From contig JAJQGB010000016.1 of NCBI GenBank assembly GCA_021200775.1, forward strand, positions 191,575 to 255,574: DNA of 64,000 bases, in the 5' to 3' direction. This DNA is from Oscillospiraceae bacterium. GTDB lineage: Bacteria; Bacillota; Clostridia; Oscillospirales; Ruminococcaceae. Positions within the stretch are counted from its first letter, which is position 1, and every line of letters starts with the position of its first letter. Under the pieces are notes generated by a model. That model saw nothing but the letters and a program-made list of their open reading frames with translations. It ran no database searches and had not been told where the DNA came from. A program made the position numbers and the translations under genes. Shown piece after piece: positions 37,691 through 46,721 of the stretch.

Positions 37691-38725
37691 ATGATAACGG
37701 TTGAACATCTGACAAAGTGTTACGGGAACTTTACAGCCGTGGACGATCTTTCGTTTGAGATAGACGAAGGACACGTCTACGGCTTTTTGGGTCCCAACGG
37801 CGCCGGAAAGACCACAACGATGAACATCATGACAGGCTGTCTCTCGGCGACTGCCGGAACAGTTCTGATTGACGGTCACGATATCTTCGACGAGCCGAAC
37901 GAGGCAAAAAAGCTCATTGGCTATCTTCCCGAACAGCCGCCGTTGTATTTAAGCGAAACGCCGGAGGAATATTTAAGATTCGTTGGCGAGGCAAAGGGCA
38001 TAAAGGGCGCAGAGTTGAAGCGTCAGGTCGAAGAGGTAATGGAGCAGACGAAGATTACCGAAATGCGAAATCGCCGGATTTCTGCTCTCTCAAAGGGCTA
38101 TAAACAGCGTGTCGGAATCGCACAGGCACTCTTAGGCGACCCGAAGGTAATAATCCTTGATGAGCCGACAGTAGGTCTCGACCCGATACAGATTATCGAG
38201 ATAAGAGACCTTATAAAGGAGCTCGGACAGCACCGCACTGTTATTTTCAGCTCACATATTCTTTCCGAGGTTCAGACCATCTGCGACGAGATAATGATCA
38301 TCTCCCACGGAAAACTTGTAGCCTTCGGCGAGCCGGAGAAGCTCATGCACGACCTTCTCACTCCTAACGAGATTACTCTTACGGCAGAAGCCGGAAAGGA
38401 GAAAGTCGGGGAGATTCTTTCGAGACTTTCCGGCATCACCGAGACAGTATATCCTGAGCATCAGGAAAGCGAGAGTTATACAACCGTCCGCATAAAGACC
38501 GACATGAAGGAAATCTACGACATGTCGAGGCAACTCTTCAAGGCATTTGCAGGCGCAGATATAGTTCTTCTTGAAATGGCACTGAAGCAGGTAAATCTTG
38601 AAGACGTGTTCATCGAGCTTACAGAAGATACAACTGCTTCTGAGGCTTCCGAAAATCCCGAAGCAATACAAGAAAAACCCGAAGAAAGTGAGGTTGAAGC
38701 AGATGATAGCAGTACTGAAGCATGA
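37691..38725 (+). CDS. ABC transporter ATP-binding protein (GldA-like, ABC-2 type)
   Basis: GPNGAGKTT, LSKGYKQRVGIAQAL, VIILDEPTVGLD, and an acidic C-terminal tail. Confidence 0.85.
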   Translation: MITVEHLTKCYGNFTAVDDLSFEIDEGHVYGFLGPNGAGKTTTMNIMTGCLSATAGTVLIDGHDIFDEPNEAKKLIGYLPEQPPLYLSETPEEYLRFVGEAKGIKGAELKRQVEEVMEQTKITEMRNRRISALSKGYKQRVGIAQALLGDPKVIILDEPTVGLDPIQIIEIRDLIKELGQHRTVIFSSHILSEVQTICDEIMIISHGKLVAFGEPEKLMHDLLTPNEITLTAEAGKEKVGEILSRLSGITETVYPEHQESESYTTVRIKTDMKEIYDMSRQLFKAFAGADIVLLEMALKQVNLEDVFIELTEDTTASEASENPEAIQEKPEESEVEADDSSTEA

Positions 38726-39566
38726 GCTAAAAAGCTATTTCCATTCGCTGACTGCCTATTTCTTCGGGGCATTCCTGCTGATTATAACCGGCGTCGGCGC
38801 AATGATTTATAATATCAACCAGACGATAGCGAACTTCGAGTATGTTCTATATTACGGCTGTCTGATTCTTATCATTATAGTCCCGATTCTCACGATGAGG
38901 GTCGTCGCAGAGGAGAAGCGCCAGAAGACTGACCAGCTCCTCTATGCGCTTCCAATAACGACAACTCAGGTCGTAATAGGCAAGTATCTGTCGCTACTGA
39001 CAGTGTTCCTGATTCCGCTTTGCGTTGTTAGCATCTATCCGCTTATCTTCGCGCAGTATGGCGATGTTTACCTCCCGACCTCCTATGGCTCGATATTCGC
39101 CTTCTTTATGATGGGCGCCGCTCTTATTGCAATCGGCACGTTCATCTCGTCCTTGACGGAAAATCAGGGCATCGCCGCAGGAATAAGCCTGGCGGTAATC
39201 CTCTTCAACTATTTCAGCGTGACCATTTCCGAGTATGTCTCCGCAACCGCCTTCGGAAGCGCAATCACACTCGCCGTCATAGCGGTGCTCTTTGCGTTCC
39301 TAATCCGGTATCTTACGAAGAATGACAACGTCGCCTACACCATCGGACTTGCACTTGTGGCGATAATCATGATGCTCTTCATCATCGACAGCTCGATGTT
39401 CGAGGGCTTGGTTCCTGACATCATGGCACAGCTTTCGCTGTTTGAGAGATTCTATGTCTTCATCGACGGCATCTTCGACGTTACCGCCATTATCTACTAT
39501 CTCACGGTGATTGTCTTCTTCCTGTTCCTGACGGTGCAGTCGCTTGAAAAGAGGAGGTATAACTGA
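38703..39566 (+). CDS. ABC-2 type permease (GldF-like)
   Basis: MIAVLKHELKSYFHSLTAYFF... with 6 hydrophobic segments. The internal start at 38703 is preferred over 38598. Confidence 0.75.
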   Translation: MIAVLKHELKSYFHSLTAYFFGAFLLIITGVGAMIYNINQTIANFEYVLYYGCLILIIIVPILTMRVVAEEKRQKTDQLLYALPITTTQVVIGKYLSLLTVFLIPLCVVSIYPLIFAQYGDVYLPTSYGSIFAFFMMGAALIAIGTFISSLTENQGIAAGISLAVILFNYFSVTISEYVSATAFGSAITLAVIAVLFAFLIRYLTKNDNVAYTIGLALVAIIMMLFIIDSSMFEGLVPDIMAQLSLFERFYVFIDGIFDVTAIIYYLTVIVFFLFLTVQSLEKRRYN

Positions 39567-41011
39567 TGGGAAAGAATAGTGAATCAAAGAACTCCCGAAA
39601 CACGCTCAACCGTCTTGCTTTTCAGGGCGGAAGCTACTCGCTTATCATAACGGCTGTCGTTTTGGCGGTTCTGATTGTAGTAAACGTGCTTGCATCGACG
39701 CTCCCGTCCACATGGACACAGCTTGACATCAGCTCGGCACAGCTTTATTCTGTCACGAGCAACACAAAAGTAGTTCTCAATAACCTTGAAGACGACGTTA
39801 CTATCTACTGGATAGTCCAGTCGGGCGAGGAGAATACAATACTCGAAAACCTGTTGGCGAAGTATGAGAGCCTTTCCGACCACATATCCGTCGTCAAGAG
39901 AAACCCCGATGTCTATCCGACATTTGCAGAGCAATACACCGACGAAACCGTTTCAAATAATAGCCTTGTTGTCGAGTGCGGCGACAGATATCGCTACATC
40001 CCGTGGTCGGATATCTATCAGCAGTCCTATAGCATGTACTCAAACACACTCTCTGTGACGAGTTCGTTCGACGGCGAAGGCTCGATAACCTCCGCCATCG
40101 ACTATGTCGTAACCGAGGATTTGCCTAAGATGTATATCCTGGAAGGTCACGGCGAGCTTGATTTGCCGGAAACATTCGCCGGGCAGGTTGAGAAGTCGAA
40201 CATCGAGACCGAATCTCTTTCACTTCTCACAGTCGACGAAGTCCCCGAGGATGCCGATTGCGTCCTCATCTACGAGCCGCAAAGCGACATCTCCGAGGAT
40301 GAAGCCACAATGCTCACCGAATGGGTCTATAACGGCGGCAAGCTGATGGTAATTGCGGGACCGCTTTCCGACGTTACATTCACTAACCTCAACAGCCTTC
40401 TTGAATACTACGGCGTAACCGTTGAAGAGGGCGTAGTGGTCGAAGCGGACAGAAATAACTATGCTTACTATCCGTACCTTCTTCTTCCGAATATCGAGAG
40501 CACCGATATCACGGATGCCCTTATTGACGAGAACTACTACGCAGTTCTTTGCATTTCATCGGGACTCACAATCTCAGACTCAAACGAAAACGGCACTGTA
40601 ACCTCACTCCTGACAACTTCCGACACATCGTTCTCAAAGATTGCCGGCTATGCACTCGACACCTATGAAGAGGAAGAGGGAGATATCGATGGACCGTTCT
40701 CTGTAGCGGTTTCAATCGAGAGTAACGAGGGCGGACGGATGGTCTGGGTTTCTGCGGCGGCATTCCTGGATGAATACTATAACTCCTATTCCTCCGGCGC
40801 AAACGTCGACCTCGCAATCAATGCCATATCCGACATGATAGGCGAGCGTGAAGCACTTGCAATCAGCAGTCGAAGTTTGGATTACAGCTACCTCACAATC
40901 TCGGAATCGAACGCCTCACGCCTTAAAGTCCTCATGATAGGCATCATCCCGATAATCTACATCGGAATCGGCGTTATCGTGCTTGTCAGAAGAAGGAGGT
41001 CGCAGAAATGA
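39566..41011 (+). CDS. GldG-like ABC-transport auxiliary protein
   Basis: TM segments at the N- and C-termini with a large external domain. YILEGHGE motif. Its start overlaps the permease stop. Confidence 0.7.
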   Translation: MGKNSESKNSRNTLNRLAFQGGSYSLIITAVVLAVLIVVNVLASTLPSTWTQLDISSAQLYSVTSNTKVVLNNLEDDVTIYWIVQSGEENTILENLLAKYESLSDHISVVKRNPDVYPTFAEQYTDETVSNNSLVVECGDRYRYIPWSDIYQQSYSMYSNTLSVTSSFDGEGSITSAIDYVVTEDLPKMYILEGHGELDLPETFAGQVEKSNIETESLSLLTVDEVPEDADCVLIYEPQSDISEDEATMLTEWVYNGGKLMVIAGPLSDVTFTNLNSLLEYYGVTVEEGVVVEADRNNYAYYPYLLLPNIESTDITDALIDENYYAVLCISSGLTISDSNENGTVTSLLTTSDTSFSKIAGYALDTYEEEEGDIDGPFSVAVSIESNEGGRMVWVSAAAFLDEYYNSYSSGANVDLAINAISDMIGEREALAISSRSLDYSYLTISESNASRLKVLMIGIIPIIYIGIGVIVLVRRRRSQK

Positions 41012-42522
41012 CTAAGAGACTGAGAAAAATAGTAATTCTGCTTGTGGTTCTGGTTGTCCTCTGTGTGGCGACGGTTCTCGTGTCCTTCTATAACGAAAAG
41101 CAGGAGCAGATTCAGAACTCGAATGAGATAATCTTGTCTATCTCCACTGATAGCGTTTCTTCTGTATCCTGGGAAGTTGATGACACGGCTCTCGGCTTCA
41201 CTCTCAACTCCGAGACCGGTTCCTGGCTCTATGACGACGATTCCGGCTTCCCAACGAGCACTTCGGAAATCGAGAATCTCTTAAGCATCTTTGAAGAGTA
41301 CGAAGCCGACTTCATCATCGAAGAGGTTGACGACTACTCACAGTATGGTCTCGACGACCCAGTTATGACTATAAACATAACTCTTGACGACGAGACTTCT
41401 TACGAAATCACTCTCGGCAACTTCTCGACCCTTGACAGCGAGCGCTACGTCTCCATCGGCGACGGAAACGTCTATCTCGCAGTTGTCGACCCGTACGATA
41501 CCTACGACGTTGAGCTCAGCGACATGATTGAGGACGACACAATCGGCTCATTCTCCGAAGCTGTTGAACTCACCTTCACCGGCGTCGAGAACTACTCAAT
41601 TTACTTTGAAGCGGACAGCACAAACACCTACTGCTCGGACGACACCTATTTCGTTTCGGACAGCGACCTGCCGCTTGATACTGATAACATCGAGACATAT
41701 CTCGGCTATATCCGTAACACAGGTCTCAGCGATTATGTCACCTATAACGCTTCGGAGGACGAGCTCGAGCTCTACGGCATGAACAATCCTGTCCTCACGA
41801 TAACAGTTGATTATCCCGTCACCGAAACGGATGACGACGGCGAGGAGGTCACCACCACCGAGACTCTTACTCTCACGATAGGTGTCAATCAGGACGAACT
41901 CGCCGAAGCTCAGGAAGAGCTTGAAGATTCGGAAGACGAAGATGCGGAAGTCGACATTTCGAGTCTTAGCCTCTATGTTCGGGTAAACGACTCCCAGATT
42001 ATCTATGAGCTGGCAACGAACAGATACAACTATCTCATCGCTTGCTCCTATGACGATTTCCGCCACGCCGAAGTCCTGACAGCTGACTATTCGAGCATCT
42101 ATCAGCTCGACTTTACCATCGAGGACGTCACCTACACCATCTATTCGGAGCTCAGTGACCCCGACGACGAAGAGTCCGACAGAGTTTACTATTACTACTA
42201 CGACGGCGAAGTCATCGACGCCGACAGCTTGGCTGAGGACGACGACATTTCGAACTACCGAGTTGAAGTCGACATCGACGACATCGAGTCCGCAATCGAC
42301 GCAGTAACCGCCGAGAGCTACACCGGTGAGGAAGCCGACGGCAAGCTTGAAGTCAGCCTCACTGCCTATCTCGACAACGAGAACTACCCCGAAGTCACGG
42401 TCGAGCTCTACCGCTATGACGGCACCTACTGCCTTGCAGTGATAAATGGCGAACCAACTTCACTAGTAACCCGTTCGTCGGTAGTAGATTTGATTGAGAC
42501 CATCAATTCGATAGTACTCTGA
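41008..42522 (+). CDS. DUF4340-like membrane-anchored acidic protein
   Basis: N-terminal TM segment (IVILLVVLVVLCVATVLVSF) and a very acidic external domain. This is the usual fourth gene of GldA/F/G-like operons. Confidence 0.6.
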   Translation: MTKRLRKIVILLVVLVVLCVATVLVSFYNEKQEQIQNSNEIILSISTDSVSSVSWEVDDTALGFTLNSETGSWLYDDDSGFPTSTSEIENLLSIFEEYEADFIIEEVDDYSQYGLDDPVMTINITLDDETSYEITLGNFSTLDSERYVSIGDGNVYLAVVDPYDTYDVELSDMIEDDTIGSFSEAVELTFTGVENYSIYFEADSTNTYCSDDTYFVSDSDLPLDTDNIETYLGYIRNTGLSDYVTYNASEDELELYGMNNPVLTITVDYPVTETDDDGEEVTTTETLTLTIGVNQDELAEAQEELEDSEDEDAEVDISSLSLYVRVNDSQIIYELATNRYNYLIACSYDDFRHAEVLTADYSSIYQLDFTIEDVTYTIYSELSDPDDEESDRVYYYYYDGEVIDADSLAEDDDISNYRVEVDIDDIESAIDAVTAESYTGEEADGKLEVSLTAYLDNENYPEVTVELYRYDGTYCLAVINGEPTSLVTRSSVVDLIETINSIVL

Positions 42523-42532
42523 TAGCAAAACC

Positions 42533-42563
42533 CACCTGCGGGATTTCCTGCGGGTGTTTTTTT
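42533..42563 (+). terminator. intrinsic terminator
   Basis: Stem CACCTGCGG / CTGCGGGTG (with G-U pairs), then TTTTTTT. Confidence 0.7.
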
Positions 42564-42600
42564 ATCCCCAACATAATTTTAAAATCCGAGTAGAAAGGTC

Positions 42601-42629
42601 TTGACAACCGCAAAATAGTATGCTACAAT
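42601..42629 (+). promoter_or_regulatory. promoter of the beta-helix protein operon (leader copy 1)
   Basis: TTGACA (42601-42606), 17 nt, TACAAT (42624-42629). The 10-mer CTTGACAACC is shared with the promoter at 49615-49624. Confidence 0.65.
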
Positions 42630-42635
42630 TTCAAC

Positions 42636-42796
42636 ATAAGGTGAGCATTATGTGAAATGTTCAATCTACGTAATTTGTGTGGGGGGGTAACACCTTCTGT
42701 GTGCCCAATTTTCGACCTCCAACACTAACTAATAGTGCTTTGGAGGAGTTTTATATTTGTATTTTGTCCTCCTTGGCGTCAAGGAGGTATTTTTTT
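42636..42796 (+). promoter_or_regulatory. structured 5' leader, copy 1 (G-run, TGCCCA box, two CCUCC/GGAGG hairpins; SD sequestered)
   Basis: Hairpin 1 at 42716-42746, then a U-tract. Hairpin 2 at 42768-42787 (CCTCCTTG/CAAGGAGG), then TATTTTTTT and the ATG. Homologous to 49651-49835. Confidence 0.6.
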
Positions 42797-45274
42797 ATGG
42801 TAAAAAGGCTTTTGTGCGTTATAATCAGCGTCTTGATTTCAGTTGTTCTTCTAACAATCAGTGCAATAGCTGATGATAATACAGAAGAAACCGCTTCGCC
42901 GGTTGCTTCTATTGGTGGAGATGAATATGGTACTCTTGAAGAAGCCATAACAGCTGCAAGTGCAGCTTCAAGTGATGTAACAATAACCCTGCTTTCCGAT
43001 GTAGAACTAGACACCTCCCTCACCATCCCTGCCTCCACATACACCATAACCTTGGACTTAAACGGCTGCACTATAAGCCAGTCGGAAGATTTTGCTGATG
43101 ATAAGATTATATATGTGCTTGGTATTCTTACTATAATGGACGGAAAAGAAAATGGAAGAATAGTTGCGGATAATCAATACGGCATTATGGTTAGTGGCAG
43201 TAGTGCCGTATTAAATATCAACTCCGGAACAATTGTCGCGACAAATCGGGGAGTACACATAGGCGCACAAGGTGTTTTAAATATATCTGGAGGAACAATC
43301 ACATCTTCGTGGATAGGCGTGCTCGTTTATAATGGAACACTAAATATCTCCGGCGATAACACGGTGATTGGTTCAGTAGAAAATACAACATATGGAGTAT
43401 ATTTAGATCAATCTGGATGTTCAGAAAAAGTAAATATAACTGGAGGACATGTAAGTGGGAAGTCTTATGGCATATACATAAGGTCTAATCCTCATGCAAG
43501 TGTAACCATATCAGGCGGATATATAGTCGGCAAAAATTATAGTGCTGTTAACATATATCAATATGGCAGTATTTCCGTTGATGGTGGCTATTTTAGCTCA
43601 GATGTTACAGAGTTTTGTACTTCCGGATATGCTTGTGAAGAGCTTTCAGAAGAAGTAAACAGTTGCTCTTATCAGGTAGTAGAAGCAACAAGCGAAAATG
43701 CAGTTTTATCTGTAACTTCTTCTACGAACGGAGAAATTACTTACCATAGTACACTCGCAATTGCTGTTTCATCGGCATCTGAGGGAGACACCATAACTAT
43801 TCTGAAAGATACCACTGTAAGTGAAACGGTTACAGTAGATAAGTCGCTTGAAATTGATCTTTACGGGCACACTATCAGTGGTAGCGTTAGCGGTAGAACT
43901 ACGGCGATGTTGTATGTTTCCGGTAGTGATGTAAGTCTGACAATCAGTGATAGCTCTGAAGAGCAGACGGGGTGTATAACAAATACATATACGTCAATTA
44001 GTTATGCAATTTTAGTTGCGAATTATGCTTCTTTGACTGTTAAGGGTGGAACAACTTCTGGTTATCGAGCTTTGAGACTGGCTACATATGCTTCGGCGAC
44101 TGTCGAGGGAGGGACACTAGAAGGAACTAATAACGGTGCTGTTTATATGGAAGTAAGCAATGGTCTTGTAATTACCGGTGGAACAATAACAAGCGCAAAT
44201 AGTTGGGGAATATTTCAATCTTCCAGTTCATCAGTTACAGTATCAGGTGGCACAGTTTATGGTAAGACATATGGGATTCAACAGACCTCAGCTAATATAT
44301 CTCAAAGGGTAACATTAAATGGGGGAGAAGTTTCAGGCGGAACATGTGCTTTGAAAATAACCAAGTATTTGACTGTTCCGGAGGATTCGACGGTTATAGT
44401 TACTGGTGATTCGGTTTTGGAATTAGATCTTACTTATTCTTCATATAGCAATATAGCTATCGCCGGTGGTTACTTCTCAAGTGCATTGGAAGAAGATTGG
44501 TGTGCTGAGGGGTATATTCCTACAGAAGTGATTACTGAGGGGGATTATGCGGGGTACTATTCTGCTATGAAAGGCATTTACCTTGGCATCAGCAGTGATA
44601 CTGAAAGTACAATCAAGATTCCTGCTACTATAGAGTATGGCGAAGATGAAGCTATTATGTATGTGCTGGTTTCCGGCGATTATATCGGCACTGACGGATA
44701 TTATTCTAAAGAAGCTTATCCCGTAACATCTGCAACGTATGCGGAAGCTGGGCACCTAGAAGCGGGGTACTTGTTTGCCGGTTGGTATTCGCTTTCTGAG
44801 GATGGCATTAGCTATAAGGCTTTGACAGAATTCCCGACGGGAACTGATGCATATGCCAAGTTTGTAGATGCAAATGTCCTGACAACCGGAGCACAGATTT
44901 CTGCTGGTACAGAGTCTACTTATGAGACAACTGATATGCGCTTTGTAAGCACGGTAGATGTTCTTGATTATTCGCTGGTCGGATTCAATATAACAATTGG
45001 CGAAGTAACAGTAACCGTAAAAACAAATACCGTTTATAGCAGTATTGTTGGTACAGATGGTGAGACGGAGTATGTCTATGAACCGCAGAGCTTCTGCAGT
45101 GCTTCAAACTATTTTGATGTTTATACACTAATGGAAATTCCCGCATCAGTATTTGATAGTGATATTACAGCCGAAGCTTATTGGGTGACCTTAGATGGTA
45201 CTACCGTTTATGGAGAAAGCAATACTTTCGTTATCAGCAGTATGATTTCCGAGAGTGGTTCTGAGAGTGAATAG
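42797..45274 (+). CDS. secreted parallel beta-helix repeat protein with a C-terminal InlB-B/Flg_new-type repeat
   Basis: Signal peptide MVKRLLCVIISVLISVVLLTISAIA. Repeated GGTITS/GGHVSG/GGYIVG/GGYFSS turns. GYLFAGWY motif. Start at 42797, behind AAGGAGG. Confidence 0.7.
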   Translation: MVKRLLCVIISVLISVVLLTISAIADDNTEETASPVASIGGDEYGTLEEAITAASAASSDVTITLLSDVELDTSLTIPASTYTITLDLNGCTISQSEDFADDKIIYVLGILTIMDGKENGRIVADNQYGIMVSGSSAVLNINSGTIVATNRGVHIGAQGVLNISGGTITSSWIGVLVYNGTLNISGDNTVIGSVENTTYGVYLDQSGCSEKVNITGGHVSGKSYGIYIRSNPHASVTISGGYIVGKNYSAVNIYQYGSISVDGGYFSSDVTEFCTSGYACEELSEEVNSCSYQVVEATSENAVLSVTSSTNGEITYHSTLAIAVSSASEGDTITILKDTTVSETVTVDKSLEIDLYGHTISGSVSGRTTAMLYVSGSDVSLTISDSSEEQTGCITNTYTSISYAILVANYASLTVKGGTTSGYRALRLATYASATVEGGTLEGTNNGAVYMEVSNGLVITGGTITSANSWGIFQSSSSSVTVSGGTVYGKTYGIQQTSANISQRVTLNGGEVSGGTCALKITKYLTVPEDSTVIVTGDSVLELDLTYSSYSNIAIAGGYFSSALEEDWCAEGYIPTEVITEGDYAGYYSAMKGIYLGISSDTESTIKIPATIEYGEDEAIMYVLVSGDYIGTDGYYSKEAYPVTSATYAEAGHLEAGYLFAGWYSLSEDGISYKALTEFPTGTDAYAKFVDANVLTTGAQISAGTESTYETTDMRFVSTVDVLDYSLVGFNITIGEVTVTVKTNTVYSSIVGTDGETEYVYEPQSFCSASNYFDVYTLMEIPASVFDSDITAEAYWVTLDGTTVYGESNTFVISSMISESGSESE

Positions 45275-45316
45275 TCACTATTCATGTTATTCTTTTAGGG
45301 AAGGAGCTTAATTATC

Positions 45317-45454
45317 ATGGAATACGAGAAAGCAGAGATGGAGATAGTTATCTTTGAATTTAATGATGTTGTAGTGCTGAGTAATGGAGGAAGTTACAAT
45401 TTAGACGACGATAGTGGAACTGGAAGAGGAACATTTGGGGAGCTTTTCAAGTGA
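45317..45454 (+). CDS. 45-aa acidic small peptide (MEYEKAEMEIVIFEFNDVVVLSNGGSYNLDDDSGTGRGTFGELFK)
   Basis: RBS GGAAGGAG lies 8 nt upstream. It is below the ORF-track cut-off. The next ATG follows its stop by 2 nt. Confidence 0.55.
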   Translation: MEYEKAEMEIVIFEFNDVVVLSNGGSYNLDDDSGTGRGTFGELFK

Positions 45455-45456
45455 AT

Positions 45457-46056
45457 ATGAAAAGTAAAGACATTAAAAAAACAGTTATTGCAGTATTGTG
45501 CATAGCGTCGCTGATTTTGCTTTGTTGTGTTGCAGTGATGGTTGTAAGGACAGGAAAGCAATCAAATGAGATTATCACTGAGGCGGAGGCGACTGCTAAT
45601 GCCATTGAGGCTGAACCAGCGGTGACAACTGTAACCGAGATGTCGGATGAGATAATTATCACAGAAACGTCGACCACAGTCACGGAATATTCTTCTGTCG
45701 AGACCGCTGTGGAAACGACAACATTGGAATCTGCCGAGATAACAACAATTACGACTACTGTAGCTAAGGATGAAGAAAATCCGGTAACGGTATGTAATGT
45801 CGATGACGAAGATGTTATAGAGCTGGATGATGAGGATAGTGTCGACCTTGAGGACGAAGAGATACTTCCTGAGACAACGGCTACTACAAGTCAATCGACG
45901 ATTCAATCATCAACATCAGTGTTGTGGTATACGGAAATTGTGACATCATCAGATTCAATAACTGATGGCACAGCTATAACTGAAGAATCCAAAGACAATG
46001 AGTTGTCAGTTGCTACCGAGTTGACAGATAACGCTGTCTGGGGACCGCTGTTTTAG
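45457..46056 (+). CDS. membrane-anchored Thr/Glu-rich low-complexity protein
   Basis: N-terminal TM segment (VIAVLCIASLILLCCVAVMVV), followed by T/E/S-rich sequence. Confidence 0.6.
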   Translation: MKSKDIKKTVIAVLCIASLILLCCVAVMVVRTGKQSNEIITEAEATANAIEAEPAVTTVTEMSDEIIITETSTTVTEYSSVETAVETTTLESAEITTITTTVAKDEENPVTVCNVDDEDVIELDDEDSVDLEDEEILPETTATTSQSTIQSSTSVLWYTEIVTSSDSITDGTAITEESKDNELSVATELTDNAVWGPLF

Positions 46057-46096
46057 AAAATAATGCGCTGAAATGTGGAAAAAGAACAGAAATAAA

Positions 46097-46134
46097 AACT
46101 CTTCTAATGGTTTTTCCATCGGAGGAGTTTTTTA
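46097..46134 (+). terminator. intrinsic terminator
   Basis: Stem CTCTTCTAATGG / CCATCGGAGGAG (imperfect), then TTTTTTA. Confidence 0.6.
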
Positions 46135-46148
46135 TTACGAATTAAGAA

Positions 46149-46721
46149 TTATGAATTACGAATTGAAATCACCACATCCGCAAGCTCCAAAGCTTCTTTA
46201 TCGTGCGCCGAATAGATAACCGGAACATTAAGGCTTCTTATGAACCCCATGATTCTTGTCACTCTTTCGGAATCAATCCCTGTGAACGGTTCGTCGAGAA
46301 GTATGAGTTTTTTATGGCACACCTCCGCAAACGCAAGGCACCTTGCAAGCGAAACTCTCCGCTTCATGCCGCCTGACAGCTTGCTGGTAGGGGAGTGCGC
46401 CTCGTTTTCTAGCTCAACAGCTTGAAGGTACTTCGTAACATCTGTGCCCTTCGGCAGAACCGCCGCAAGCTGTTCCGAAACATCAAGGCAGGGAAGAAGT
46501 CGATTTTCCTGAAACATGAAAGCTATGTCTTTTGGCAATTCGATGATGCCTGACTGCGGCTTTTCGAGCCCTGCAATCAGCCGGAGCAATGTCGTCTTCC
46601 CACAACCGGATTCTCCGGAAATGGCGGTAATGCAACTGTCAGGAAGAGTGAGAGAAAAGTTCTCAAAAACCTTTTTCTCACCATAAGAAAAGGATAAATT
46701 CTCAATTTTCAAGACTATCAC
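46149..46721 (-). CDS. ABC transporter ATP-binding protein (NitT/TauT-type importer), short 190 aa
   Basis: GESGCGKTT, LSGGMKRRVSLARCL, LILLDEPFTGID. Confidence 0.8.
   Translation of the reverse strand: MIVLKIENLSFSYGEKKVFENFSLTLPDSCITAISGESGCGKTTLLRLIAGLEKPQSGIIELPKDIAFMFQENRLLPCLDVSEQLAAVLPKGTDVTKYLQAVELENEAHSPTSKLSGGMKRRVSLARCLAFAEVCHKKLILLDEPFTGIDSERVTRIMGFIRSLNVPVIYSAHDKEALELADVVISIRNS

Noticed and set aside
42677-42796. N-terminal extension of the beta-helix ORF (track start 42677), and similar extensions at 24976, 25317, 38598, 50398, 15883, 27114, 59880
   Set aside because: The extensions run through promoters or leaders, or have no SD. Internal starts have GGAGG-type SDs at correct spacing followed by signal peptides or conserved N-termini.
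42636-42796. Assigning the leaders to a known riboswitch class (c-di-GMP-I/II, T-box, PRPP/ppGpp, preQ1 and others)
   Set aside because: I could not find the conserved cores of these classes by eye: no T-box AGGGTGGNACCGCG-type box and no GEMM-like GCAAA/CGCAAAGC arrangement in both copies. The class is left unassigned pending an Rfam scan.
45317-45454. Calling the small peptides lasso-peptide or other RiPP precursors
   Set aside because: A Y-x-x-P-x-(L/F)-like motif and Gly/Asp-rich tails are suggestive. However, no lasso cyclase, leader peptidase, RRE protein, SPASM radical SAM or C39 transporter is adjacent or anywhere in the window. I kept this only as a hypothesis in the findings.
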